A DNA stretch of 64,000 bases from Thermoplasmata archaeon (GCA_041489255.1 JBGPQV010000001.1:324099-388098); one strand, 5' to 3'. Shown: positions 50,461-58,973, counted from the first letter of the stretch. Numbers and translations: made by a program. Notes: generated from the sequence alone by a model not told the origin.

Positions 50461-50695
50461 TTGCTTGGACGGTCATATGCAATGAGAGGCGAACGGCCAT
50501 GAAAGGAGTGCGCCCACTCAATCGGATAGTACATTCACACCTCCTCTGCAAATAGGAAGTTCAATGTGGGGTGATTTCGAACCAGTGATGGCGATCTCTT
50601 CACGATATCTCAAATATTTCAAGATAGATGATTGCATACCTAAAGCGGAGACGATAGCGATTACTCGCGCCCTTCTCGGTGGAAAGTCGGGAAAG

Positions 50696-51562
50696 ATGAG
50701 TCTCCCTTCCGGCGTGGCGGGAGGTTCCTACAAAGCGACTGTCCCGCTAATCAGGCCGTCGAAGCTCACTAGCAAGCGGCGCGGCGGTATCGGGAAGAAT
50801 CTCAGCGAGGGCTGGTGCCTGAACTTCGCGGTAGGCTGCACTCACGGCTGCCCCTTCTGCTACGTGGACGCGATCCACAAGAGGTTCGGGGGCCGCTATG
50901 GCAAGCAGACAAAGAGGCGGTGGGGCGACTACTTCCTGGCACCCTACAACCTCCAGAGCGCGATAGAGAAGACCCCGTGGGAGCGCTGGCGGGGGAAGGA
51001 GGTCATGATGTCCTCGACGCACGACCCCTACCTGCCGGTCTTGGCGGATGCCGCGAGGGAGATCCTGGAGCACGCACTGCCGGCCGGCGTCAGGCTGTGC
51101 ATCCAGACGAGGTCCACGCTGGCGGCGAAGGATTTCGACATGATCGCGGAGTACGACGGCCAGGTCCGCCTGCAGGTCTCGATCGCGACGATGAGCCGCG
51201 AACTGTCTCGGAAGATAGAGCCGAGAGTCCCGCCGCCGGAGAGAAGGATGAAGATGCTGGCGGATGCGAAGCGGGCGGGGCTCAGGGTCGGGGTCATCAT
51301 CGCACCGGTTTTCCCCGCCAACCGTCTCAGGCCGGACATCGGGGAGGACCTGGCGGGGATTGCCGCCAACCTCGCGGAAATCGAACCGGACCATGTCTAT
51401 GGAGAATCGTTGCACATCCGCGGAGAGAATGTTCAACTTGTAGAGGAGGTCCTCGGTGATCGGCTCAGACTGACGACTGGTTTTGACAGGGGCGCGGGGC
51501 GTCTTTTCCACTGCGAGCTTGAAAGAGTGGGGCTAAACGGCACCTGGTGGCCCGATCATTAA
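50696..51562 (+). CDS. Radical SAM protein, spore-photoproduct-lyase-like family
   Basis: GCTHGCPFCY (Cx3Cx2C), MSS..DPY.P, IQTRS, IEP..P.P..R; start uncertain (50564-50696). Confidence 0.85.
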   Translation: MSLPSGVAGGSYKATVPLIRPSKLTSKRRGGIGKNLSEGWCLNFAVGCTHGCPFCYVDAIHKRFGGRYGKQTKRRWGDYFLAPYNLQSAIEKTPWERWRGKEVMMSSTHDPYLPVLADAAREILEHALPAGVRLCIQTRSTLAAKDFDMIAEYDGQVRLQVSIATMSRELSRKIEPRVPPPERRMKMLADAKRAGLRVGVIIAPVFPANRLRPDIGEDLAGIAANLAEIEPDHVYGESLHIRGENVQLVEEVLGDRLRLTTGFDRGAGRLFHCELERVGLNGTWWPDH

Positions 51563-51679
51563 GATGAGCACTTCGCACGTATCGCTCCATGACCGAGAAT
51601 CCTGTTCCATAGCGTGAGGTCGTCGATGGCGCAGCCGACTCAATCAGCCGTTTTCATGTAGAATCACCACGTGACATAG

Positions 51680-52225
51680 TCAAGGAGTAATCAAGACGAG
51701 CCATCTTCCATAAGGAAATGGCGACGACGAATTCGGCGACGAACCATTCACTCTTAAACACCATTTGGCGAACCTCTCCTGAAGTGCCCTTCCAGCAGCG
51801 CTCTCTACGCCCACACCAACAGATAGGAAGACCTCGCGCTTATTCTTCGTTTGTATTCTCAGCCCAAATGCTGCCTCTCGCCGCTGCCGCATCCGCGTGA
51901 TGTCCGCGAACGAGACATAGCCCCGTTGTTTCGCGGTCTCGTAGTGCAGGCCATCGTTCGAAAGGCCGATCCTTAGAGGGGCATCGCTACGCCAAGTGAC
52001 TTCGTTGAGGAAGTACGCAAGACCGCCGGAAATCAGGCCAAGCGATATCATTACTGCAGATTCTGATGGGCTCAGGTGGAAGGCAATCGAGAACAATGTG
52101 AGGGATCCTGACCCGAGAAGAAGCCCGAAAAGCAAACGACCCGCAGAATACCGTTTCTGGATAACCCAGAAGTCTTCCACGGCATACCAGATCGGGCTTT
52201 CGTTCCTGTCATTCGAGGAGTTCAA
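51680..52225 (-). CDS. Hypothetical protein with two TM helices and a PH-like beta domain
   Basis: Two hydrophobic helices, then LRIGLSNDGLHY...VSFADIT; start uncertain. Confidence 0.55.
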   Translation of the reverse strand: MNSSNDRNESPIWYAVEDFWVIQKRYSAGRLLFGLLLGSGSLTLFSIAFHLSPSESAVMISLGLISGGLAYFLNEVTWRSDAPLRIGLSNDGLHYETAKQRGYVSFADITRMRQRREAAFGLRIQTKNKREVFLSVGVGVESAAGRALQERFAKWCLRVNGSSPNSSSPFPYGRWLVLITP

Positions 52226-52342
52226 GGGACCGCCAAAGGAACGGCTCGCGGGGATTTAGCAGTTGCTGCCGCCATCACTTCGGGAGGAGAGTTGAATAAA
52301 CCATGGCGGTGAAGAGGCCACGACGCAGCCCCTCGTCCTCGT

Positions 52343-52364
52343 GTTATCCCTAAGTAGGGATACC
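52343..52364. repeat. 22-bp palindrome, copy 1 (GTTATCCCTA-AG-TAGGGATACC)
   Basis: Read directly from sequence; paired C/G change in both arms relative to copy 2. Confidence 0.9.
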
Positions 52365-52415
52365 GACCGGGGTTGTGGATATCACCATGGGGCTTCGACG
52401 GTCGCCCGTCCCGTT

Positions 52416-52437
52416 GTTATACCTAAGTAGGTATAAC
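52416..52437. repeat. 22-bp palindrome, copy 2 (GTTATACCTA-AG-TAGGTATAAC, perfect 10-bp arms)
   Basis: Read directly from sequence. Confidence 0.95.
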
Positions 52438-52475
52438 GAGGAGGCTGCGGATCTTGCCGCCGCGGTCTCTCCGGC

Positions 52476-52721
52476 TCAGAACCGCCTCATCCGTTCCAAC
52501 GCCCTCCTGTATCTCGTGAGGCGCAGGTCAACCTCGGCCTTCGCATCGATCGCGTGCTCCAGCAGCATCCTAACCGCCTTCTCGCCCGTCTCCGTAGATC
52601 CGACGCGACCGACGTATCTCTCCACCTTCTTGCTGGTGCCGTTCGACCTCTCGTATCGCCAGAAATAGAGGTACCGCCCGCCGTGCACGACCTTCGTCGC
52701 GAGCCCGCATCCCAGTTCCAT
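52476..52721 (-). CDS. 81-aa basic protein resembling the SSV1 D-335 integrase N-terminal domain / DUF6788-like DNA-binding protein
   Basis: GGRYLYFWRYERSNGTSKKVERYVGRV three-strand motif followed by a long helix; no catalytic tyrosine-recombinase domain. Confidence 0.65.
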   Translation of the reverse strand: MELGCGLATKVVHGGRYLYFWRYERSNGTSKKVERYVGRVGSTETGEKAVRMLLEHAIDAKAEVDLRLTRYRRALERMRRF

Positions 52722-52792
52722 TGTTATCCCTAAGTAGGTATAACAGGAGGTGGACAAGGTGTTTGACGGGGGAGGTCTATGAATGTGGTGGC
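52673..52792. repeat. 120-bp direct repeat, copy A (contains palindrome copy 3 at 52723-52744)
   Basis: Colinear with 55390-55509 at offset 2717: 75/78 identical, then 11 divergent nt, then 27/31 identical (hand alignment). Confidence 0.95.
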
Positions 52793-52952
52793 TTGAAGAA
52801 TGCCTATTGATGGAGGAGTTGTCGATCGTGGCGGGCCAGCCGCAGCCGGTGAACCTGCCGCCACTGGTTTGGCGGTAGATTCTCGCCGTCATGTTCCTCC
52901 CATGCATCCTGTCTTCGGTCCTGGATTGCGGTTGCGAGATGAAGTCGTATCC

Positions 52953-53564
52953 TCATCTCTTGTCGGCGACTTGACGCCTTGAACGGGCGGGCACGATGAG
53001 GTCTCTTTCACGGAGCCATGCCTTCAGCCGCTGACGCGCCTGCCATCCGTACTCCTCGGGCAGCAGGTCCGGGATCGCCGGCGCCGCGAGCCGCAGCGTC
53101 TCGATGCCCGCGAGCTCTCTCAGCCGGTTCAGGTCGAGCTCGTTGCCTCGTTCGTGGAGGAGCACCGCCACATCGGACAGGTCCATTTCCCTCCCTGCGG
53201 CCAGCTTGAGGCGGAGGAGGTCCTCAAGGGACGCCGCGAAGACCCTGGTCCCTCCGTAGGAGAGCTCCCTGCCCCGGCGGAACATCTCCTCGTCGATCTG
53301 CACCTCACCGACTGACCGCGTGTAGACGTCCACCTCGCCCACGTCTCGCCCCTTGAACGCGTGCTTCACCAGGTGCGGAGACCTGGAATGGGAGAAGCCC
53401 ATCCCGAGGAGGCAGGAGCGCAGCTCGGGGAAGTCCCTCTCCCGGACGACGAGGTCGATGTCGTGAGTGCTGCGATACGGAGCGTAGCACTCCACGGCGA
53501 CACCGCCGATGAACATCACCCTGTTCCCCAGGCGCACGGCGATGTCCCTCACGACCGCGTTCAC
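52953..53564 (-). CDS. AbiEii/DUF6036-like nucleotidyltransferase (putative type IV TA toxin)
   Basis: IGGVAV..Y...RSTHDIDLVV and SLEDLL.LKL.AGR..D..D motifs; GTGA overlap with the upstream gene. Confidence 0.8.
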   Translation of the reverse strand: MNAVVRDIAVRLGNRVMFIGGVAVECYAPYRSTHDIDLVVRERDFPELRSCLLGMGFSHSRSPHLVKHAFKGRDVGEVDVYTRSVGEVQIDEEMFRRGRELSYGGTRVFAASLEDLLRLKLAAGREMDLSDVAVLLHERGNELDLNRLRELAGIETLRLAAPAIPDLLPEEYGWQARQRLKAWLRERDLIVPARSRRQVADKR

Positions 53565-54190
53565 GTCCGCGCGACTACCTCCTCGAAGACCTTGAGCATG
53601 CAGTCCGCGTCGATGCGCAGCCCCGGCGCGCGGGCCTCCTGGAACTCGATGTAGATCCGAGCGCCGTCGAGCCCGTGCCTGCCGCCGAGACGCACGCAGT
53701 CCTCGACCAGCCGGCGGTGTCCCACGAGGGTGTAGCCTTCCACGGTGTGCGTGTCCGCCAGGGTCTCGTCCGGTGCGCGCAGCAGGATCAGGGTCGCCCT
53801 CTCGCCACGCCCCGCTCTCCTCACTTCGTGCCCTCTAAGGGCCGATTCCCACTCCTCCAGCGGCTTGACATAGGCCCAGGCGGTCGCGGGGGACTGGTAC
53901 CTGGTGAGGAGCCACGCCGCCACGTCGAGGGTCAGAGCGTAGGCGAGACCTGTCTCGCGCGCCGTCTCCCGGAGAAGCCCGGCGGCAGCCAGCGGCCCAC
54001 CCGCGTGGATCAACCTGGTCAAGGTCGTGAAGGGGTCGAGGGCACGATCGAGCGCGTCCCGGGTCTCGCTGGATGGCCGGAGGCGGCCTGTCTCCATCAG
54101 GCTCAGGGCAGTCCTGCTGATGCCCGCGGCGGCTGCGAGTTCCGCCTGGTTGAAGCCCATGCTCAGGCGTCGCTCTTGCAGGTTCATCAT
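53561..54190 (-). CDS. XRE-HTH + AbiEi-like antitoxin
   Basis: NQAELA.AAGISR.ALS.METGR..PS HTH; C-terminal YALT..AAW...Y and G..LV.....D...GGR. Confidence 0.75.
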   Translation of the reverse strand: MMNLQERRLSMGFNQAELAAAAGISRTALSLMETGRLRPSSETRDALDRALDPFTTLTRLIHAGGPLAAAGLLRETARETGLAYALTLDVAAWLLTRYQSPATAWAYVKPLEEWESALRGHEVRRAGRGERATLILLRAPDETLADTHTVEGYTLVGHRRLVEDCVRLGGRHGLDGARIYIEFQEARAPGLRIDADCMLKVFEEVVART

Positions 54191-54210
54191 ATGTTAAGTA
54201 AGGTTAACAT
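54191..54210. promoter_or_regulatory. Candidate autoregulatory operator ATGTTAA-GTAAGG-TTAACAT
   Basis: Perfect 7-bp arms directly abutting the antitoxin start codon. Confidence 0.7.
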
Positions 54211-54584
54211 TGATATTTGAAGGCTCCGGCGGTTCATGTGGCGTTGCAGCTCGAGGGGGTTGTCGTTGCCCATGATTGTGGCGGGAGTGTCGAAGATAAA
54301 CGAGGTCATGCCTCCGTGGCGGGAGATGCAGACGCCGCCATCCTCGCGAACCGACCCGCAGGCGGGGCAGACAATCATCTTGAAGGAATGGCGGGAGTCC
54401 GTCTCGGCGGTGGCGAGAGGCGAGAGGAGGGTGAGAGTAGTCCGCCAGCCGTAGCCGCTGAACCTGTCTGGTGACTCAATCCCGCATAGATATCGTTCGA
54501 CGGCAGTCCTGGCCGTATCCTCGTCATCCCGCCTCATCTGTTCCTCCAAGCCTGACCTCAGGGGAGCTGGCGTCCCCGCGCCGC

Positions 54585-54905
54585 CTAGGCCTCTACTCCT
54601 TCCTCGACAGCCACGCTGACGAGGGATATCCTCCTTCTGTTCTTCTCGAACTCCTCCGGCGTCAGGCATATCATGTCGACTGGGATTCCTCTCCTCCAGA
54701 GCAGCCTCAGCCCCACGGATCTCTTGAGGAAGCCCATGCCGGCGAAGGTCCTGCTGACTATGATCATGTCGACGTCGCTGTCGGGCCTGCTGTCGCCTCG
54801 CGCGTATGAACCGAACACTATGAGCCGGTCTATCGGGACAAGTCGGGAGGCCTCGTTCTTGAAGGCCCTCACACGCCGCATCACTTTAGCCGGGAGCTTA
54901 CCCAT
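54585..54905 (-). CDS. Minimal nucleotidyltransferase (MNT)
   Basis: VFGSYARGD.RPDSDVDMIIVS; GGAGGTG SD; overlaps the HEPN 3' end. Confidence 0.9.
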   Translation of the reverse strand: MGKLPAKVMRRVRAFKNEASRLVPIDRLIVFGSYARGDSRPDSDVDMIIVSRTFAGMGFLKRSVGLRLLWRRGIPVDMICLTPEEFEKNRRRISLVSVAVEEGVEA

Positions 54906-55243
54906 TTCACCACCTCCCTGGAGGCCTTCACCACGTTCCTCACGTCCTCTCTCGTCCCCAGCTCCGGCATGTCCGGATATCTCGTCCCCGTGTATGCAGG
55001 GCTGACGATCGCGCACATCTTCAGTACCTCGGATGGCGCCTCGACCTCAGCGGCGAGCTCGACGAGGTCGTGGCTCCTCCTGAACGTCCCATTCGTCTCT
55101 ATGGACAGCGCCTTCAGGGCCTTTTCGGCAGCCTGCTGCGCGTAGAACGCTGCGGCGTCGTATATCTTCCCTTGGAAGTTGTAGCGAGAAATCATCGCGT
55201 CCCTCTTCGCCCTCCGCATCCATGCCTCGGCTTCTTCCTTCAA
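54881..55243 (-). CDS. HEPN domain protein
   Basis: W..RA..D, AAFYAQQAAEKALKA, SHDL.EL, Y..TRYPD. Confidence 0.9.
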   Translation of the reverse strand: MKEEAEAWMRRAKRDAMISRYNFQGKIYDAAAFYAQQAAEKALKALSIETNGTFRRSHDLVELAAEVEAPSEVLKMCAIVSPAYTGTRYPDMPELGTREDVRNVVKASREVVKWVSSRLK

Positions 55244-55389
55244 CGCCCTACCTTCCTAGTCTTTCCGACCGGAACGCCACCGGCACGGACAACATGCCCC
55301 GTTCCCCGATATAACCTTCGGCTTGCTGACCGGGCTGGCCAGGTATCAGCGCAAAGGGCGTCCCTTGATGTCGCTCAGCTCGCCCCAAC

Positions 55390-55509
55390 ACCGCCCGCCG
55401 TGCACGATCTTCGTCGCGAGCCCGCATCCCAGTTCCATTGTTATACCCAAGTAGGTATAACAGGAGGATTGCGTGACCTTTGGCGGGGGAAGTCTATGAA
55501 TATGGTAGC
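55390..55509. repeat. 120-bp direct repeat, copy B (palindrome copy 4 at 55440-55461 plus the first 16 codons of the 81-aa gene)
   Basis: Encodes MELGCGLATKIVHGGR on the minus strand and then diverges. Confidence 0.95.
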
Positions 55510-55794
55510 CGCGAGATCGCCTACCGAAGGAGGGGCTCTTGACGATTCCCGAAGGAGAAGTAGGAGCCATGGCGTCTTGAGACGACGATGGTGTGCCCTT
55601 TCTTCTTCAGCCGGCTCAGAGTCCCGTCCCGCCCTCCCGACCATTGAGAGCAGATGAACGGGCTTCTCAGCGACCCGCTTATGTTCTGAGGGCTATCGAA
55701 TGACCTGGTTACGAACCAGAACTGAGTGGCAGACCTGTGGATCTGACATGTTTGTGGCCTTCGCGTCCATGTCCACAGCCGGAACAGGCTTTCG

Positions 55795-56109
55795 AACGAC
55801 GTGCACAGCTTCTCGGCGCATGCGCACAGGTCTCATGCCAATGCGCACGGCTTCTCGGCGAATGCGCTCAATGTCTCGGCAAATGCGCATAGGAGTCGTG
55901 CGAACGCGCACAGCTCTTCGGCCAATTCGCTCAAGAGTCATGCCAATGCGCGTAGAAGCTGGGAAAATGCGCACAATAGCCGTGCCGATGCGCACAGCTC
56001 CTCGGCGAATGCGCTCAAGAGCTATGCCAATGCGCACAGGAGCTGAGCGAATGCGCTCAATAGTCGTGCGAATGCGCACAACATTCATGCCGATTGACCG
56101 AACATCCGT
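55795..56109. repeat. Array of about 15 x 21-nt units: conserved GCSAATGCGCWCA core + about 8 variable nt
   Basis: Units start at 55795, 55816, 55837 ... 56089 with exact 21-nt period and no indels; terminal units are degenerate. Confidence 0.92.
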
Positions 56110-56251
56110 GACAGTCGGCTCGATGTCCATCCCACCGCTCGGAACATGCATTCAAAATGGCCTCAATCTGGCGTATCCGTGGATGACTGAAAATCAAGAC
56201 GTCGCTGCGCCAAATCAGATGTCCGCCAGCTCACTGAGCCCTCGCAAGAGT

Positions 56252-56611
56252 CTAGTCCTTTGCCGCGGCAGCCTGCTTCTCCCGCCGCTTGATCTTGCTC
56301 CGGATCCTCCTGATAATCTTCGAGTCGGTGCTGTTCTTCCCGTAAGCCCCGATCACTATGTCCAGGTCGCCCGACGCCTTGACCTGAAGGCCACGGGTCA
56401 GCTTCACGGTCTTCTTCGTCGCCTCCTTCGCAGCGACCTTCAAGGACTCCTGCTCGGCGTTCGAACTCACAGCGGTTTCATGCAGCTCCTTCAGCTCCCT
56501 GATCAACTTGTCCGCGTCGATGCCTAGCTTCTTGAGCTTCTCCTTCTCAGTCTCAAGGAGGGTGATGACGTCGGCCGAGAAGCCTATGATCTCCGTCTGA
56601 GACAGACTCAT
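56252..56611 (-). CDS. 119-aa all-helical hypothetical protein with basic C-terminus
   Basis: GGTGGAGG SD before MSLSQTEIIGF; host-like codon usage; ends IIRRIRSKIKRREK. Confidence 0.8.
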   Translation of the reverse strand: MSLSQTEIIGFSADVITLLETEKEKLKKLGIDADKLIRELKELHETAVSSNAEQESLKVAAKEATKKTVKLTRGLQVKASGDLDIVIGAYGKNSTDSKIIRRIRSKIKRREKQAAAAKD

Positions 56612-56867
56612 GTGCCCGTAAACCTCCACCCGATGAGGGGGAGGATAGATATTCCCCCGGTGGCCTCTTAATAGTTTCTCACAGATGTGCCTGAAAGACG
56701 GCAAGCCTGAGGATAAGCGAGGTCCGACCGGGGGATGTCCGCCCGCCCATAGGGAGAACAATCCGATGTTATCAGATTTGTGAACGCTGCCAAGAAGGAT
56801 GCGACCGCGAAGCGGGAGATTCCGCACCCGATGTACAGCTTCGCCTTGATCGTCTTCCCGCTGGGGC

Positions 56868-58970
56868 CTATCTTGCGGAGGCTTCCTCGGTTCCAGTCTT
56901 CTTCTTCATCGCCCTTGTAACAAGAACAACCAGACCTAGAATTAGGATCGCACAGTCCACCGCCATGCCGACTCCGACCACGGGAGGAATGCGCAGTTCC
57001 CCCGTGAGGAACGAGATGACTCCAGTTACCGCCTCTGCAGCGACGAACGGCATCGGGGTGAGGATAAACGCCTTCGCCACCGCCATCCTGTCCTTCCCGC
57101 CCTTCCACGGCTTCCTCCTCGAAGACCAGACTCCCGCCACGAGCAGGACAGTCGCGAAGATGAGGGCCACTATCGGCTTGTAGTTCACCGCCACCTCGGG
57201 CGGTGTCGTCGTCCCCTCAACGGTCACAACGAGCCACCTCTCCCTTTCTGTATTGTTCAGCATGTCGTTGGAGAGATAGGAGATGTTGTGCTCTCCCTCG
57301 GGGAGCGTGAAGCCGCCAGAGTATGTGATCCAGCTCCCGCCATCGATCCTGTACCTGGTGACGTTCACTCCGCATCCCGGGTCTGTGGCGGTGAGGGTGA
57401 ACGCTGTGGCGGTTGTCGCCTGCTCCTCGCTCTTGTGGATAGTCGTGGCGGGAGGAGTGTCGTCCACGGTCAGGTTCATCGTGTTAGAGTCTTCCATGTT
57501 CCCCGCCCAGTCGAGAGATTGCCACTCTATCTTGTGCACTCCTTCCCCTGCCAGGAAGAACGTGCCCGTGGCGGTGTAGTTGACAGGACTCCCGCCATCG
57601 ACCGTGTACGTGGTGTTCCTTATCCCGAGACCGCTCTGGTCGAGGACGGAGAAGTCAAGTGGCGTGGTTGACTTGACGAAGGTCACCGTGGCGGGGGAGG
57701 TGCAGTTTGGAGAGCCGACGACAATGGACGTGATTGGTCCGATTGTCACGTCGATGTTCCATACGTAGATGTTGTTGTCCTCGTTCGACTCAGAGAGATC
57801 GGAGAGCGAGTCCACCGCAACCGCCACAGTTGCGGACTGCGGCGAGTACGGCGCGACCCAGTCCGCATCATACGCTGCACTGGTCTCACCCGCGCCGAGT
57901 GGCGGCACGGTACTACTGTTGAAGGGGGAGGATGGCGTCGTCTCATTGTAGAACGAGACAGTGGTCCACTTCGAGGGGTTCGCCGCTCCCTGGTTTCTCA
58001 CCTGCGCGCTCAACCTCACCGTCATGCCCAGGCCCGTGTGGATCGGAGACGGAGGAAGGGGATTGAACGGGACGTAGTCGGGCAGCCCGGGGACGGTGAC
58101 CCTCGCGACGATCCTCACGACGTTGTTGTCCTTCCTCGACTCAGTCACGTTGGCATAGTTGTCCACTGTGACGTCGAGGTACTTGTCACCCGCCACGGGA
58201 GGTGCGGTCCATGTCACGTTGAGCCGCCAGCCAGCCGGGCGGCTCGAGCGAGGGGGCACGCTCGGGACGTTGAAGAGGCCAAGCGACACCGACGCGCTGG
58301 AGTCGTAGAACGAGACCGTCGTGGGGACGGTGGCACCTGTGAACCCGAAGTTCGAGACATTGGCGGAAACCGTATAGGTGCCGCCCGCCTGCACGGTCAC
58401 AGGGCCCAGGGTCGCGCCTGGAGCGTAGGGCCCGCCGAACTCGGTCCCGGCGAACGCCACCGCGTTCGGGACGAGGTCGACATCAGTAATGACTATATCC
58501 CACCTCTGCCAGTTGTCAAGGATGCTCCAGGCGATGCTGTTGTTCTGCGTGCCGAATGGGGTGAACTCCCCTGGATCCCCCGTCCCGTTGCTCGTCGCAT
58601 TGATCAGCAGCCAAGGCGTGCCGAGGATGTTGCCCGCGTCCACCTGCACTCGGTACCAGTCCCCGTTGCTCCAATTCCTGTCCTTCTCGGTGGCGGGCAG
58701 TACGACGCTGTACGCTCCCATCGACGTCGTGTACCACTGTGGCCATGGCGGGTACCGCCAAGCACTGCTCCAGTCGTTGTCATGATTTACGTAGATTGCA
58801 AAAGAAGTGTTGTTCGCCCACTGCGTGTTGCCGAGGGGCGTGCCGTCGCTCAGGTGGACAAGGCCTGTGAGGTTCATGTCGTCGGCAGCAGCGTGAGCTG
58901 ACGGTGGGATCAGAGTCGCAGGCAGAAGCAAAAGAGATGCCACGATAGCGAACACGCGCCAGCCCGTCAT
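56868..58970 (-). CDS. Surface protein: CARDB domains + Ig-like modules + 3-TM C-terminal anchor
   Basis: Signal peptide; V.N.G...A and VD....V.ES.E.NN CARDB motifs; D.AGN.E and DDTPP.T modules; TMs. Confidence 0.85.
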   Translation of the reverse strand: MTGWRVFAIVASLLLLPATLIPPSAHAAADDMNLTGLVHLSDGTPLGNTQWANNTSFAIYVNHDNDWSSAWRYPPWPQWYTTSMGAYSVVLPATEKDRNWSNGDWYRVQVDAGNILGTPWLLINATSNGTGDPGEFTPFGTQNNSIAWSILDNWQRWDIVITDVDLVPNAVAFAGTEFGGPYAPGATLGPVTVQAGGTYTVSANVSNFGFTGATVPTTVSFYDSSASVSLGLFNVPSVPPRSSRPAGWRLNVTWTAPPVAGDKYLDVTVDNYANVTESRKDNNVVRIVARVTVPGLPDYVPFNPLPPSPIHTGLGMTVRLSAQVRNQGAANPSKWTTVSFYNETTPSSPFNSSTVPPLGAGETSAAYDADWVAPYSPQSATVAVAVDSLSDLSESNEDNNIYVWNIDVTIGPITSIVVGSPNCTSPATVTFVKSTTPLDFSVLDQSGLGIRNTTYTVDGGSPVNYTATGTFFLAGEGVHKIEWQSLDWAGNMEDSNTMNLTVDDTPPATTIHKSEEQATTATAFTLTATDPGCGVNVTRYRIDGGSWITYSGGFTLPEGEHNISYLSNDMLNNTERERWLVVTVEGTTTPPEVAVNYKPIVALIFATVLLVAGVWSSRRKPWKGGKDRMAVAKAFILTPMPFVAAEAVTGVISFLTGELRIPPVVGVGMAVDCAILILGLVVLVTRAMKKKTGTEEASAR

Positions 58971-58973
58971 CCG

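Noticed and set aside
54217-54580. ORF fragments between the MNT and the antitoxin (includes CPACG)
   Set aside because: No coherent start, SD or family; may be decayed DNA, too weak to call.
52343-55461. 22-bp repeats as a CRISPR array
   Set aside because: Only four copies with irregular gaps (51, 285 and about 2700 nt) containing whole genes; no cas genes in the window.
55795-56109. 21-nt array as a CRISPR or canonical TIGR array
   Set aside because: Variable parts are only about 8 nt and related to each other; single repeat type, no box C/D motifs recognised, and the neighbour shows no Cas or Nop-domain features.
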